Of a DNA stretch of 64,000 bases, positions 1 to 8,231 are shown in pieces. Source of the DNA: an uncultured Rhodospirillaceae bacterium (GTDB lineage: Bacteria > Pseudomonadota > Alphaproteobacteria > Rhodospirillales > UBA2165); NCBI GenBank assembly GCA_964611435.1, contig CAZSXT010000010.1, positions 26,336 through 90,335 on the forward strand. The letters are read 5' to 3'. The first letter of the stretch is position 1; each line of letters begins with the position of its first letter. Under the pieces are notes generated by a model. That model did not search any database, was not told the origin of the DNA, and worked only from the letters and a program-made list of their open reading frames with translations. A program made the position numbers and the translations under genes.

Positions 1-609
1 GAAGCCGTTCGCCGCCGGCCCTATCAGGTGATCTTGTTTGATGAGATTGAAAAAGCCCACCCGGACGTATTCAACGTACTTCTCCAAGTATTGGATGAAG
101 GCCGTCTGACCGATGGCCAAGGCCGAACCGTCGATTTCCGCAACACCTTGATCATCCTGACTTCAAACTTGGGCGCAGAGATTTTGGCTGCTCAGGAGGA
201 AGGCCATGATTCCTCGGAGGTCCGCGAACCGGTCATGGATGTCGTGCGGAGTGCTTTCCGGCCTGAATTCCTCAATCGCCTGGATGAGATCATCCTGTTC
301 CACCGGTTGTTCCGGGAACATATGAGTGGCATCGTCGACATCCAGATCAGCCGGCTACGAAAACGTCTGGAGGACCGGAAAATCACCCTGGAATTGGACG
401 ACAAAGCGCTTACGTGGCTGGCCGACGCTGGCTATGACCAGGTCTATGGCGCCCGGCCCCTCAAACGGGTCATTCAGCGTTGCCTGGAGAACCCGCTCGC
501 CACCATGATCCTGGAAGACTCGATCCATGATGGCGATACGGTTGCCGTCAGTGCGGGCGACAATGGTTTGAAAATCAATGATGAGGAAATAATCGCCGAA
601 GCGGCTTAA
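1..609 (+). CDS. clpB: ATP-dependent chaperone ClpB, C-terminal part (5' end outside window)
   Basis: Frame open from base 1 ([46 protein letters not shown]...TSNLG); AAA+ NBD2 region with sensor-2 GARPLKR; stop TAA 607-609. Confidence 0.95.
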   Translation, partial: EAVRRRPYQVILFDEIEKAHPDVFNVLLQVLDEGRLTDGQGRTVDFRNTLIILTSNLGAEILAAQEEGHDSSEVREPVMDVVRSAFRPEFLNRLDEIILFHRLFREHMSGIVDIQISRLRKRLEDRKITLELDDKALTWLADAGYDQVYGARPLKRVIQRCLENPLATMILEDSIHDGDTVAVSAGDNGLKINDEEIIAEAA

Positions 610-1997
610 TTGGATAGCTTGCCTTTATTCTGCGCTACCTTGGTCGATACCGGTAATTCGGCGCGTTTCCGATCCATTATTTTTTTCGTGTCGTTGAAAT
701 AGACCAGTTCCTGACCTTTTAATTTTTGCCCCGACGGCATCTTCATCCGAAGAGGGTTTACCTGCCTGCCGTTCTTCAGGATTTCGTAATGCAGATGTGG
801 CCCCGTGGACCGGCCGGTGGACCCTACATAGCCAATGATTTGCCCCTGACGCACCCGGCCGCCGCGTCGCACCCTGGGGTGAATGCGGGACATGTGAGCA
901 TAAGCTGTTTGAAAATTGCTGTTATGACGGATGCGTACATAATTGCCATAACCGCCATTTCGCCTGCGCGCTACGACGGTGCCACTACCACCGGCGTAGA
1001 TCGGCGTTCCCCGTGGCGCGGCGAAATCCACGCCTCGATGAACTTTGGTATAACCCAAAATCGGATGTTTCCGCCGGCCGAATCCTGAGGACAGCCTTGC
1101 GCCATTGATTGGCGTGCGCATTAGCGCTTTCCGAGCGCTTTGGCCCTTTTCATCGAAATAGTCGATCAAGTTCTTGCTGGTTTTATGACGGTATAACGCG
1201 CGTTCTTCGCCGCTCAAGGTCAGGCTGCCGTAAAGGACCTCACCATACCGGGCAAATTCCTTGTCTTCGGTATAGAGGTTTTCATAAACGATTTCGAATC
1301 TGTCTCCAGAACGGATGCCCCGTTGAAAATCCACGTCCCATGAGAAAATTCGGATCAATTCCATCAACATCGGTACCGGCACCCCGGCGTCGGTCGCGGC
1401 CACATAAAGGCTCGATTCGATCTTACCGGTGGCCCGCAGCATACGTCTTTCAACGGCAGTCTTACGTTTGTTGACCTCGAATGCTTCCTCGTCGAGCCGC
1501 ACCAGATTAATCTCATGGTAGATGTCCGGGCGGATGATCATTTCACTCAGCCGGTCGTCTTCCGGTTTGGAAGATTGCGGATCAAACACCAATTCCAGTT
1601 CCTGGCCCGGCCGAAGTCTGCGGGGATTAAAATGTTTGGAAAGCGCCTTTACGGCCAAATGCGCCTCACGGTTTTCGAGGCCCTGGCGGGTCAGCAACGA
1701 AATCAATGTATCGCCCTTCCCCACTTCCACCGTTTTGGTAAACCGGGGCGGCGGTAAATCCCGCTCCTCTACGGGTGCAATAGGCAAATAAGGGACTGTT
1801 GTCGCCCGAATGCTGGACAGATCCATGGTCGACGGAATTTTGGCGTCTCCCGGCGCCCAATCGCTAAACATCAGGGGCGACACCAGGCCAATGACGATCA
1901 GAAGGGGCCAGGGCAGTCGAGCAGACAGGCCCGCTACGCCGCCGAGGCGAGAGGTCACCGGCCCGAAGAGGCTGTTGATGGCGCTCCGTGCGTTCAT
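606..1997 (-). CDS. M23 family peptidoglycan metalloendopeptidase, membrane anchored
   Basis: C-terminal M23 zinc motifs [16 protein letters not shown] ... [14 protein letters not shown]; N-terminal hydrophobic segment [17 protein letters not shown]. Confidence 0.9.
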   Translation of the reverse strand: MNARSAINSLFGPVTSRLGGVAGLSARLPWPLLIVIGLVSPLMFSDWAPGDAKIPSTMDLSSIRATTVPYLPIAPVEERDLPPPRFTKTVEVGKGDTLISLLTRQGLENREAHLAVKALSKHFNPRRLRPGQELELVFDPQSSKPEDDRLSEMIIRPDIYHEINLVRLDEEAFEVNKRKTAVERRMLRATGKIESSLYVAATDAGVPVPMLMELIRIFSWDVDFQRGIRSGDRFEIVYENLYTEDKEFARYGEVLYGSLTLSGEERALYRHKTSKNLIDYFDEKGQSARKALMRTPINGARLSSGFGRRKHPILGYTKVHRGVDFAAPRGTPIYAGGSGTVVARRRNGGYGNYVRIRHNSNFQTAYAHMSRIHPRVRRGGRVRQGQIIGYVGSTGRSTGPHLHYEILKNGRQVNPLRMKMPSGQKLKGQELVYFNDTKKIMDRKRAELPVSTKVAQNKGKLSN

Positions 1998-2385
1998 GCT
2001 GGTTTGGACGTCCCTCTATTCCCTCTGCCGGTCCGGGTGGCCCTTGTGCCGCGTGATTGGGGCGGAAATAGGGTCCGGACGTGGCCTTCTCGCAATACTG
2101 CCCTCATTTTTGAGTATCGGCGTTATAGTGCTGGGGAAGGTCTTAATAGAGTATTTCCTTGAGGCCAAGAAAATGTTGACGAAACCGAGCCTCGCTACCG
2201 TATTGAAATCGGCTCTCATGATCCGGCTTTCTCTCGGAACTAAAAAATTAATCTAATTATGATTAAATATCATGTTTAGGCCCAGAGAATATGTTGGATT
2301 AATATTTAACTATTTTTTGTATAATTTCTATAATGCATTGAAATTAAATGACTATTTGTATTTTTGATCCCGTTAATTTCCGCAA

Positions 2386-3171
2386 ATGCAGGACGGCGTG
2401 ATTAAATCTACATATGCATTCACATCTTGCGGGCGGCGGTCCAACGGGCGTATAACGCCACGGAAGCAAGAGAGACAGCGAAGAACCCAGAGACAGAGCG
2501 TGAGCGTAGAAACAACTTCCCAGAAGTCAAACCGGCCGGCGCTGGTTGCCCCCGGCGGGGAGACCAATATCCTGCTGCATTCCTGTTGTGCGCCTTGCGC
2601 CGGCGATGTGATGAACGAGATCACCCGTTCCGGCATCGATTACACCATCCTGTTCTATAACCCGAATATCCATCCCCGGAAGGAATACGAGCTTCGCAAG
2701 GACGAGAACAAACGATATGCCGATAAGCTGGGGGTGCCGTTCATCGATCTGGATTACGACCGGGACAATTGGTTCCAGCGCACCAAAGGCTACGAGAACG
2801 AGCCGGAAAGGGGCTATCGCTGCACACTCTGTTTCGACATGCGGTTTGAGCGCACCGCACTCTATGCGGCCGAGAACGGGTTCAAAGTGTTCACCAGTAC
2901 GCTGGGAACGTCCCGCTGGAAGAACATGGATCAAATCAACGGCTGTGGCGTACGCGCCGCTGGTCAGTATGACGGGCTCACCTACTGGACCTACAATTGG
3001 CGCAAGGGCGGCGGGGCAAACCGGATGGTGGAGATCTCCAAGGACGAGGAATTTTACCAGCAGGAATATTGCGGCTGCGCCTACAGCCTGCGCGACACCA
3101 ACCGTCACCGTATCGACCAGGGCCGCGACCCGATTAGGTTAGGGATGAAGTTTTATGGGCGGGAAGAATAA
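2386..3171 (+). CDS. queH: Epoxyqueuosine reductase QueH (DUF208 family); start uncertain, in-frame GTG at 2500 possible
   Basis: [13 protein letters not shown] ... [11 protein letters not shown] ... [14 protein letters not shown] ... YCGCAYS cysteine pattern typical of QueH; first 38 codons are R/Q/T-rich and not protein-like. Confidence 0.85.
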   Translation: MQDGVIKSTYAFTSCGRRSNGRITPRKQERQRRTQRQSVSVETTSQKSNRPALVAPGGETNILLHSCCAPCAGDVMNEITRSGIDYTILFYNPNIHPRKEYELRKDENKRYADKLGVPFIDLDYDRDNWFQRTKGYENEPERGYRCTLCFDMRFERTALYAAENGFKVFTSTLGTSRWKNMDQINGCGVRAAGQYDGLTYWTYNWRKGGGANRMVEISKDEEFYQQEYCGCAYSLRDTNRHRIDQGRDPIRLGMKFYGREE

Positions 3172-3200
3172 GGGGCTGCCCCAAAAGGTGATGTTTTATC

Positions 3201-3230
3201 AGGGGCCGGATTTGATCCGCTTAGGCCCCC
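3201..3230. terminator. GC-rich hairpin between convergent queH and the FliG_C-like gene (possible bidirectional terminator, no clear T-tract)
   Basis: aggggccggatttgatccgcttaggcccc: arms aggggcc/ggcccct with inner ggat/atcc pairing. Confidence 0.3.
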
Positions 3231-3677
3231 TCAACTAAACCGCAGTTTGCCGTCCTTGACCAGAGACTCCGCAGTCTTGATCAGCCGGGTCATGGCCTCG
3301 TCAAAGCGGTAGTCAGGCACCCCTTCCCGGAACTGAAACAACAGGTCCTCAAGGTACATCTTTAGGGAATTTTCGGTCATGTTGCCATAGAGCCGGTTTT
3401 GCAGGTCCTGGTCTTCTTCGCTGGAATGCAGCAGCACCAAAATATCATCATGGGAGGCGGCGCGTAGAAGCGTCTGGATGCCGGTGTCATCAGCGGTTCG
3501 GAGGCTTGAGAGAAAGGCCTGATGCCGAGTCCGTTTTTCATGGGCGGTTTCGGGGCGCAGGATATCCGTCAGCATATGATGCAGGCGCTCCATATCCTCC
3601 AGGCTCATGTCCGTCCCATGGCTGTCCAGCACCACGTGGTACCTATGTTCGTCTGTCTTCTTGACCTGGATTTTCAT
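3231..3677 (-). CDS. Small hypothetical protein with a FliG C-terminal / MgtE-N-like helical domain
   Basis: ATG at 3677 (MKIQVKK...; the longer ORF to 3725 starts on TTG). C-terminal half DDTGIQTLLRAASHDDILVLLHSSEEDQDLQNRLYGNMTENSLKMYLEDL...AMTRLIKTAESLVKDGKL follows the FliG_C pattern as I remember it. Confidence 0.55.
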   Translation of the reverse strand: MKIQVKKTDEHRYHVVLDSHGTDMSLEDMERLHHMLTDILRPETAHEKRTRHQAFLSSLRTADDTGIQTLLRAASHDDILVLLHSSEEDQDLQNRLYGNMTENSLKMYLEDLLFQFREGVPDYRFDEAMTRLIKTAESLVKDGKLRFS

Positions 3678-3789
3678 GTCCCGGCGCGCACTCTTGCTAA
3701 CATCCGTTGAAACAGGCTCGCACAACGGTTATGGGAAGACAATAGAGCCCAATCTTTAACAGCAAATTGACGGCAGAACCTCTATTCCC

Positions 3790-4635
3790 ATGGCCTTTGA
3801 AGATCACCTCGCCGCCTGCAATAACCATGATCCGGACAGATACCGGCCCTTTCTGGTTGGCGGTATTCCGATGGGCCATGTCCGGCACAATCTTGCCAAG
3901 GCGCTGTCCAAACATGCCGCCATATCCGACGATGCGGATAACATCCGGCTTGATGACAGTTTGACCGATTTCAACAGCCGGAGCCGAGTGTTGGCCGAAC
4001 TGGCGGCCGGTTTGGCGGCGGATGGTCTCGTGCCGAAACTCCGGGGCGAGATGTATCCGGTCAAATCCGAGTTCGAGGCGAAGCCCCTGGCGGAGATCGA
4101 TCGGGCCGCTGTGCCGGGATTTGGTCTGCCCGCCTATGGGGTACATTTGAACGGATATGTCCGATCCGACGATGGCGGCATTCACATGTGGGTCGCCCGC
4201 CGCGCATCCGACCGGTTCATCTGTCCGGGCATGCTGGACAATATGGTCGCCGGCGGACAGCCCATCGATCTCGGGCTCATGGAGAACGTGATCAAAGAAT
4301 GCGGCGAAGAGGCAAATGTGCCGCCTGACGTCGCCGCCACGGCGCACCCGGTCGGCGCGATTACTTATATAATGGAGACAGAGTGGGGCCTTAAGCCGGA
4401 TACGATGTTTTGCTACGATCTAGAACTGCCTGCGGATTTCACACCTTCAAATGCCGATGGCGAAGTCGAGACATTTTATCTCTGGCCGGCGGAAAAGGTG
4501 GTGGAGGTCGTCCGGGACACGTTCGAGTTCAAATTCAACTGCAATTTAGTTATCATCGACTTCCTGATCCGGCACGGGCTTATCCCGCCGGAAACGCCGG
4601 GTTACCTCTCCCTCATTAGGGGGTTGCGCAAATGA
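3790..4635 (+). CDS. NUDIX hydrolase (DUF4743 N-domain plus Nudix, thiamine-pyrophosphokinase-like subgroup)
   Basis: Nudix box-like GGQPIDLGLMENVIKECGEEANV; ATG start with no competing ORF. Confidence 0.8.
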   Translation: MAFEDHLAACNNHDPDRYRPFLVGGIPMGHVRHNLAKALSKHAAISDDADNIRLDDSLTDFNSRSRVLAELAAGLAADGLVPKLRGEMYPVKSEFEAKPLAEIDRAAVPGFGLPAYGVHLNGYVRSDDGGIHMWVARRASDRFICPGMLDNMVAGGQPIDLGLMENVIKECGEEANVPPDVAATAHPVGAITYIMETEWGLKPDTMFCYDLELPADFTPSNADGEVETFYLWPAEKVVEVVRDTFEFKFNCNLVIIDFLIRHGLIPPETPGYLSLIRGLRK

Positions 4636-4694
4636 ACCTTGGGCGGCATTACAACGCCTAACGCGACACACATGATTTGACGAGGAGACCCGAC

Positions 4695-5153
4695 ATGGCT
4701 CAGGACAGTTGGCAGATTTATCTATCCGGTGAAATTCACAGTGATTGGCGTGAGCAGATCAAAAACGGTTGCAGCGCAAAGAGCCTGCCAGTCGATCTTG
4801 TCGCCCCGGTAACCAATCACGACGCCAGCGACGACTGCGGCGTGGAAATCCTTGGCCAGGAAGACAATGACTTCTGGAAGGATCACAAGGGCGCACAGGT
4901 GAACGCCATCCGCACCCGGACGTTGATCGAGAAATCTGACATCGTGGTGGTCAAGTTTGGCGAAAAATACCGCCAATGGAACGCCGCGTTCGACGCCGGC
5001 TTTGCCGCCGCGCTGGGCAAACCGATGATCATTCTGCACGACGATGATCTGACCCACGCGTTGAAAGAAGTGGATGCCGCCGCTCTGGCCGTGGCCAAAA
5101 CGCCGGATCAGGTGGTCCGGGTTTTGGATTACGCCATCAACGGCAACCTATAG
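4695..5153 (+). CDS. ytoQ: YtoQ family protein (nucleoside 2-deoxyribosyltransferase-like fold)
   Basis: WQIYLSGEIHSDWREQI ... NAIRTRTLIEKSDIVVVKFGEKYRQWNAAFDAGFAAALGKP typical of the YtoQ family; ATG 4695 preceded by gaggag 7 nt upstream. Confidence 0.8.
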   Translation: MAQDSWQIYLSGEIHSDWREQIKNGCSAKSLPVDLVAPVTNHDASDDCGVEILGQEDNDFWKDHKGAQVNAIRTRTLIEKSDIVVVKFGEKYRQWNAAFDAGFAAALGKPMIILHDDDLTHALKEVDAAALAVAKTPDQVVRVLDYAINGNL

Positions 5154-5936
5154 AGCGCTTTCGACCAATATTGACTCAAGCGCAATCTGGAACAGACTGA
5201 GCTCGACAAAGTCGAAGGCGGTGTAGGGTTCAAACGGCGCGGCAAACTCAACCATGACAAACCCGCGCCAATCGCCCGTTTCTGTCTTGGTGAACACTTC
5301 GTCAAACCGCAGCACGGCGGAACGGGCTTGGATCAGTCCATCCCGCTCAAACCCGTGGTTTTCGATTTCCAGGCGGCGCTGCTTGGCCTTGGCAAAGGCA
5401 ACAAAGATTACCGCCGGGTCCACGTCGTAGTCGCCGAACACCATGTTGAAAAAGATCGGTGAGCCGAACGCGATATCGGCCGCCTTCACGGTAAAGTCAA
5501 AGACGAACAGCGCATTGTTGGGCAGTTCGGGTCCGTTCTCATCCGGCCAGTTTTTTCCCTCCGCCGCCGTGGACAGCGCCAGGTCGGTCCAGTTGGAACC
5601 CTTGGTCCCCTCATTAATCGAGAAACAACCTCGGCAGAAATTTGCTTTGTCTGAACCTTCTTCCGGGCTCCGATGATCGAAATCGTCGGCGGCAAAATAG
5701 GCGACCCGCCCATCTTTGTTGAGATCGGGCAGAAATTCTCCAGGATCGAGCCGGCCATTACCGTTGGTGTCAGCCGGCGGCGCGTTGACAATCTGATAAT
5801 GGCCCCGGACCAACCCCTTCGTCTGGGTGAAGCCGAACCCGTCTTTGTCGCCGATTCGGACGAAGCGGAAGGACTCCGCCGAGGCCGAGGCGGCAAATAT
5901 GGCGCTCATCACGATCGCGGTCAGCAGTAATCTCAT
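5148..5936 (-). CDS. Secreted hypothetical protein with a canonical EF-hand-type calcium-binding loop
   Basis: Signal peptide MRLLLTAIVMSAIFAASASA/ESF; 12-residue loop DTNGNGRLDPGE followed by a degenerate DLNKDGRV; start overlaps the gluQ stop (ATGA). Confidence 0.6.
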   Translation of the reverse strand: MRLLLTAIVMSAIFAASASAESFRFVRIGDKDGFGFTQTKGLVRGHYQIVNAPPADTNGNGRLDPGEFLPDLNKDGRVAYFAADDFDHRSPEEGSDKANFCRGCFSINEGTKGSNWTDLALSTAAEGKNWPDENGPELPNNALFVFDFTVKAADIAFGSPIFFNMVFGDYDVDPAVIFVAFAKAKQRRLEIENHGFERDGLIQARSAVLRFDEVFTKTETGDWRGFVMVEFAAPFEPYTAFDFVELSLFQIALESILVESAL

Positions 5937-6799
5937 ACCCCCACCATGACGCGGATGCTCTCCGGCGTTTCACCGCCCGCCCGCAACTCTCTCAGAGTAA
6001 GAGACTTGTCGCGCTTGGCGTAGCGCCGCCCGTCCACCCCCGTCAACAGACGGTGAAACCGATAATCGGGGGTCACATACCCCAGCAAGGCCTGCAACAG
6101 CCGATGCACATGAGTGGCCGCACGCAGGTCTTCCCCTCGGCTGATTAGTGTGATCCCTTGAAGATGGTCATCCACCGTAACCGAGAGGTGATAACTAGTC
6201 GGCGTATCTTTCCGGGCCAGCACCACGTCGCCGAAGATTTCCGGCGTGGCCACGGTCAGACCGTCATCCAAATCCGTCCAAGATAGACTGGTAGTTTGCG
6301 CTAATGCGGTCGCCATATCCAGCCGGAGGGCATGGGCCTCCCCTGCTTCAATCCGCGATCGCCGCTCGTCTTCGCTCAGTCTCCGGCAAATGCCGGGATA
6401 GATCGGGCCATCCGGCCCCATTTGCGCGTCGTGTGGCGCGGCGGCGGCGCTCTCAATCTCCGCCAGGATATCCTTGCGCGTGCAGAAACAAGGGTACAAA
6501 AGCCCCCTGGCCTCAAGTCTCTCCAAAGCCTCCGCATAGTCCGTCATATGCTCCGACTGCCGCCGCACGGGTTCTTCCCAAATGAGACCCAACCACGCCA
6601 GGTCTTCTTTAATGGACTCTTCAAACGCCGGGCGGCAACGGCCTAGGTCGATATCCTCGATCCGCAAGAGGAATTTTCCGCCGGCCGCCGCCTCATAGGC
6701 GAATAGCGCGGAATAGGCATGCCCCAGATGTAGATGCCCCGACGGCGACGGCGCGAACCGGGTAACAACGGCATTCGAGGAGGAACTTGTGTTGGGCAT
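5933..6799 (-). CDS. gluQ: tRNA glutamyl-Q(34) synthetase (GluQRS)
   Basis: RFAPSPSGHLHLGHAYSALFA class-I HIGH region; about 290 aa truncated GluRS-like catalytic domain with no anticodon-binding domain. Confidence 0.9.
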   Translation of the reverse strand: MPNTSSSSNAVVTRFAPSPSGHLHLGHAYSALFAYEAAAGGKFLLRIEDIDLGRCRPAFEESIKEDLAWLGLIWEEPVRRQSEHMTDYAEALERLEARGLLYPCFCTRKDILAEIESAAAAPHDAQMGPDGPIYPGICRRLSEDERRSRIEAGEAHALRLDMATALAQTTSLSWTDLDDGLTVATPEIFGDVVLARKDTPTSYHLSVTVDDHLQGITLISRGEDLRAATHVHRLLQALLGYVTPDYRFHRLLTGVDGRRYAKRDKSLTLRELRAGGETPESIRVMVGV

Positions 6800-6859
6800 T
6801 CCTGCTCAATACCGCTAAATTCGGCACCTGTTAAGAACAGAAACGAAAGTCTTTGTCCT

Positions 6860-7528
6860 ATGTCCGATCTTCCCGAACTCGATGGACCCGAATTCGGCCC
6901 CGCGTCCGAGGGCGATATCCAGCAGCTGGTGATCCTGTGTCATGGCTTGGGCGCCGACGGCAATGACCTAATTGGCCTCGCCCCCTACTTCGCCCGCATC
7001 CTGCCCGACGCCAAGTTTATATCTCCCAACGCGCCCTTCGCCTGCGACATGGCGCCGTTCGGATACCAGTGGTTCAGCCTGCAGGAACGGACCGAGGAGG
7101 CGATGCTGGCCGGCGCGCGGATGGCGCGGCCGATCCTGGACAAATTCATCGACGACCAGTTGGCCAAACATAATCTAACCGATGACAAGCTGGCCCTGAT
7201 CGGCTTTTCCCAGGGCACCATGATGTCGATCTTTACCACGCCCCGGCGGGAGAAGCCGGTGGCCGGCGTCATCGGCTATTCGGGCCGGCTGATCGGGGCG
7301 CAGACCCTGGCGGACGAAGTGACATGCACCCCACCCATGGTGCTGATCAACGGCGATCAGGACGAACTGGTGCCAGGCTCAGTGCAACCCATCGCGGTCA
7401 AGGCGCTGACCGATGCCGGGATCGATGTGCAAGGGCACATGCGGCCCGGCCTTGGTCATTCCATCGACGAAGTGGGGGTTCAAATCGGGATGGAGTTTTT
7501 GGCGCGGATCTTCGGCGTCAGCGCCTAG
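6860..7528 (+). CDS. Alpha/beta hydrolase, phospholipase/carboxylesterase family
   Basis: Nucleophile elbow GFSQGTMM, LCHGLGADGNDL, C-terminal GHSI; the ORF upstream of ATG 6860 overlaps gluQ and is rejected. Confidence 0.85.
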   Translation: MSDLPELDGPEFGPASEGDIQQLVILCHGLGADGNDLIGLAPYFARILPDAKFISPNAPFACDMAPFGYQWFSLQERTEEAMLAGARMARPILDKFIDDQLAKHNLTDDKLALIGFSQGTMMSIFTTPRREKPVAGVIGYSGRLIGAQTLADEVTCTPPMVLINGDQDELVPGSVQPIAVKALTDAGIDVQGHMRPGLGHSIDEVGVQIGMEFLARIFGVSA

Positions 7529-7664
7529 TCTCTCCTCTCACCCGCCCCAACATCTCGTATGACTCTTTTGTGAAAACCACGGAATATTGAGCCCCACTGG
7601 TTGAATTTCCCGCTACCCCCGTTAAACTGTCGCCACCGTCGCCTATGAACGGGGGAGTGAAGCG

Positions 7665-8228
7665 ATGTCGTCGGCTCTGGAAAGCTGCCCAGCCCTGGTG
7701 TTGAACGCCGATTTCCGGCCCCTCAATTATTTCCCCCTGTCTCTCTGGTCCTGGCAGGACGCTGTCAAAGCCGTGTTCCTCGACCGGGTCAATGTCGTTT
7801 CCGAATACGACCAAGCCATTCATTCGCCGAGCTGGCAAATGCAGCTGCCCAGTGTCATTTCCCTGAAGGAATACGTGCAGGTGTCCCGCCGGCCGGCCTT
7901 TACCCGGTTCAATGTTTTTCTGCGGGATCGCTTCACCTGCCAGTATTGCAACGAGCCGTTCCCGACGCCGGACCTGACCTTTGATCATGTGATCCCCCGG
8001 TCCAAGGGCGGGCGCACGGAATGGACCAACGTGGTCACTGCGTGCTCCAAGTGCAATCTGCGCAAGGGCAACATGTCGGTGCGCGAAGCCGGCATGATCA
8101 TTCACCGCAAGCCGGTGCAGCCGAACAATTATCTGCTACAGGAGATCGGCCGCGGCTTCCCGCCCAACTATCTGCACGAAAGCTGGCGTGACTTCCTGTA
8201 TTGGGATTCCGAACTGGAAGACGATTAA
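7665..8228 (+). CDS. HNH endonuclease
   Basis: CQYC...FDHVIPRSKGGRTEWTNVVTACSKCNLRKGN HNH/zinc-finger motif; SD gggggag 8-14 nt upstream. Confidence 0.9.
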   Translation: MSSALESCPALVLNADFRPLNYFPLSLWSWQDAVKAVFLDRVNVVSEYDQAIHSPSWQMQLPSVISLKEYVQVSRRPAFTRFNVFLRDRFTCQYCNEPFPTPDLTFDHVIPRSKGGRTEWTNVVTACSKCNLRKGNMSVREAGMIIHRKPVQPNNYLLQEIGRGFPPNYLHESWRDFLYWDSELEDD

Positions 8229-8231
8229 CGC

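Noticed and set aside
1810-2256. 148-aa ORF spanning the M23 peptidase start and the upstream intergenic region (and 2016-2219 on the minus strand)
   Set aside because: It overlaps the 5' end of the peptidase gene in antisense, has no SD and shows no family resemblance. The region is better explained as promoter or untranslated sequence.
2241-2385. AT-rich island considered as a replication origin
   Set aside because: There is no cluster of good DnaA boxes and no CtrA TTAA-N7-TTAA sites on inspection. None of the usual origin-flanking genes (dnaA, hemE, parAB, gidAB) is nearby.
6734-6859. N-terminal ORF-track extensions that overlap upstream genes. Examples: 6734 for the esterase, 27238 for the SMP-30 gene, 30876 for rluB, 61271 for the Fe-ADH, 62014 for the GST, 19819 for DUF374, 39016 for the M16 peptidase, 13351 for purD, 11017 for gcrA.
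   Set aside because: In each case an internal ATG or GTG with a Shine-Dalgarno sequence gives the N-terminus or signal peptide typical of the family. The extension is R/S/P-rich and overlaps a neighbouring gene.
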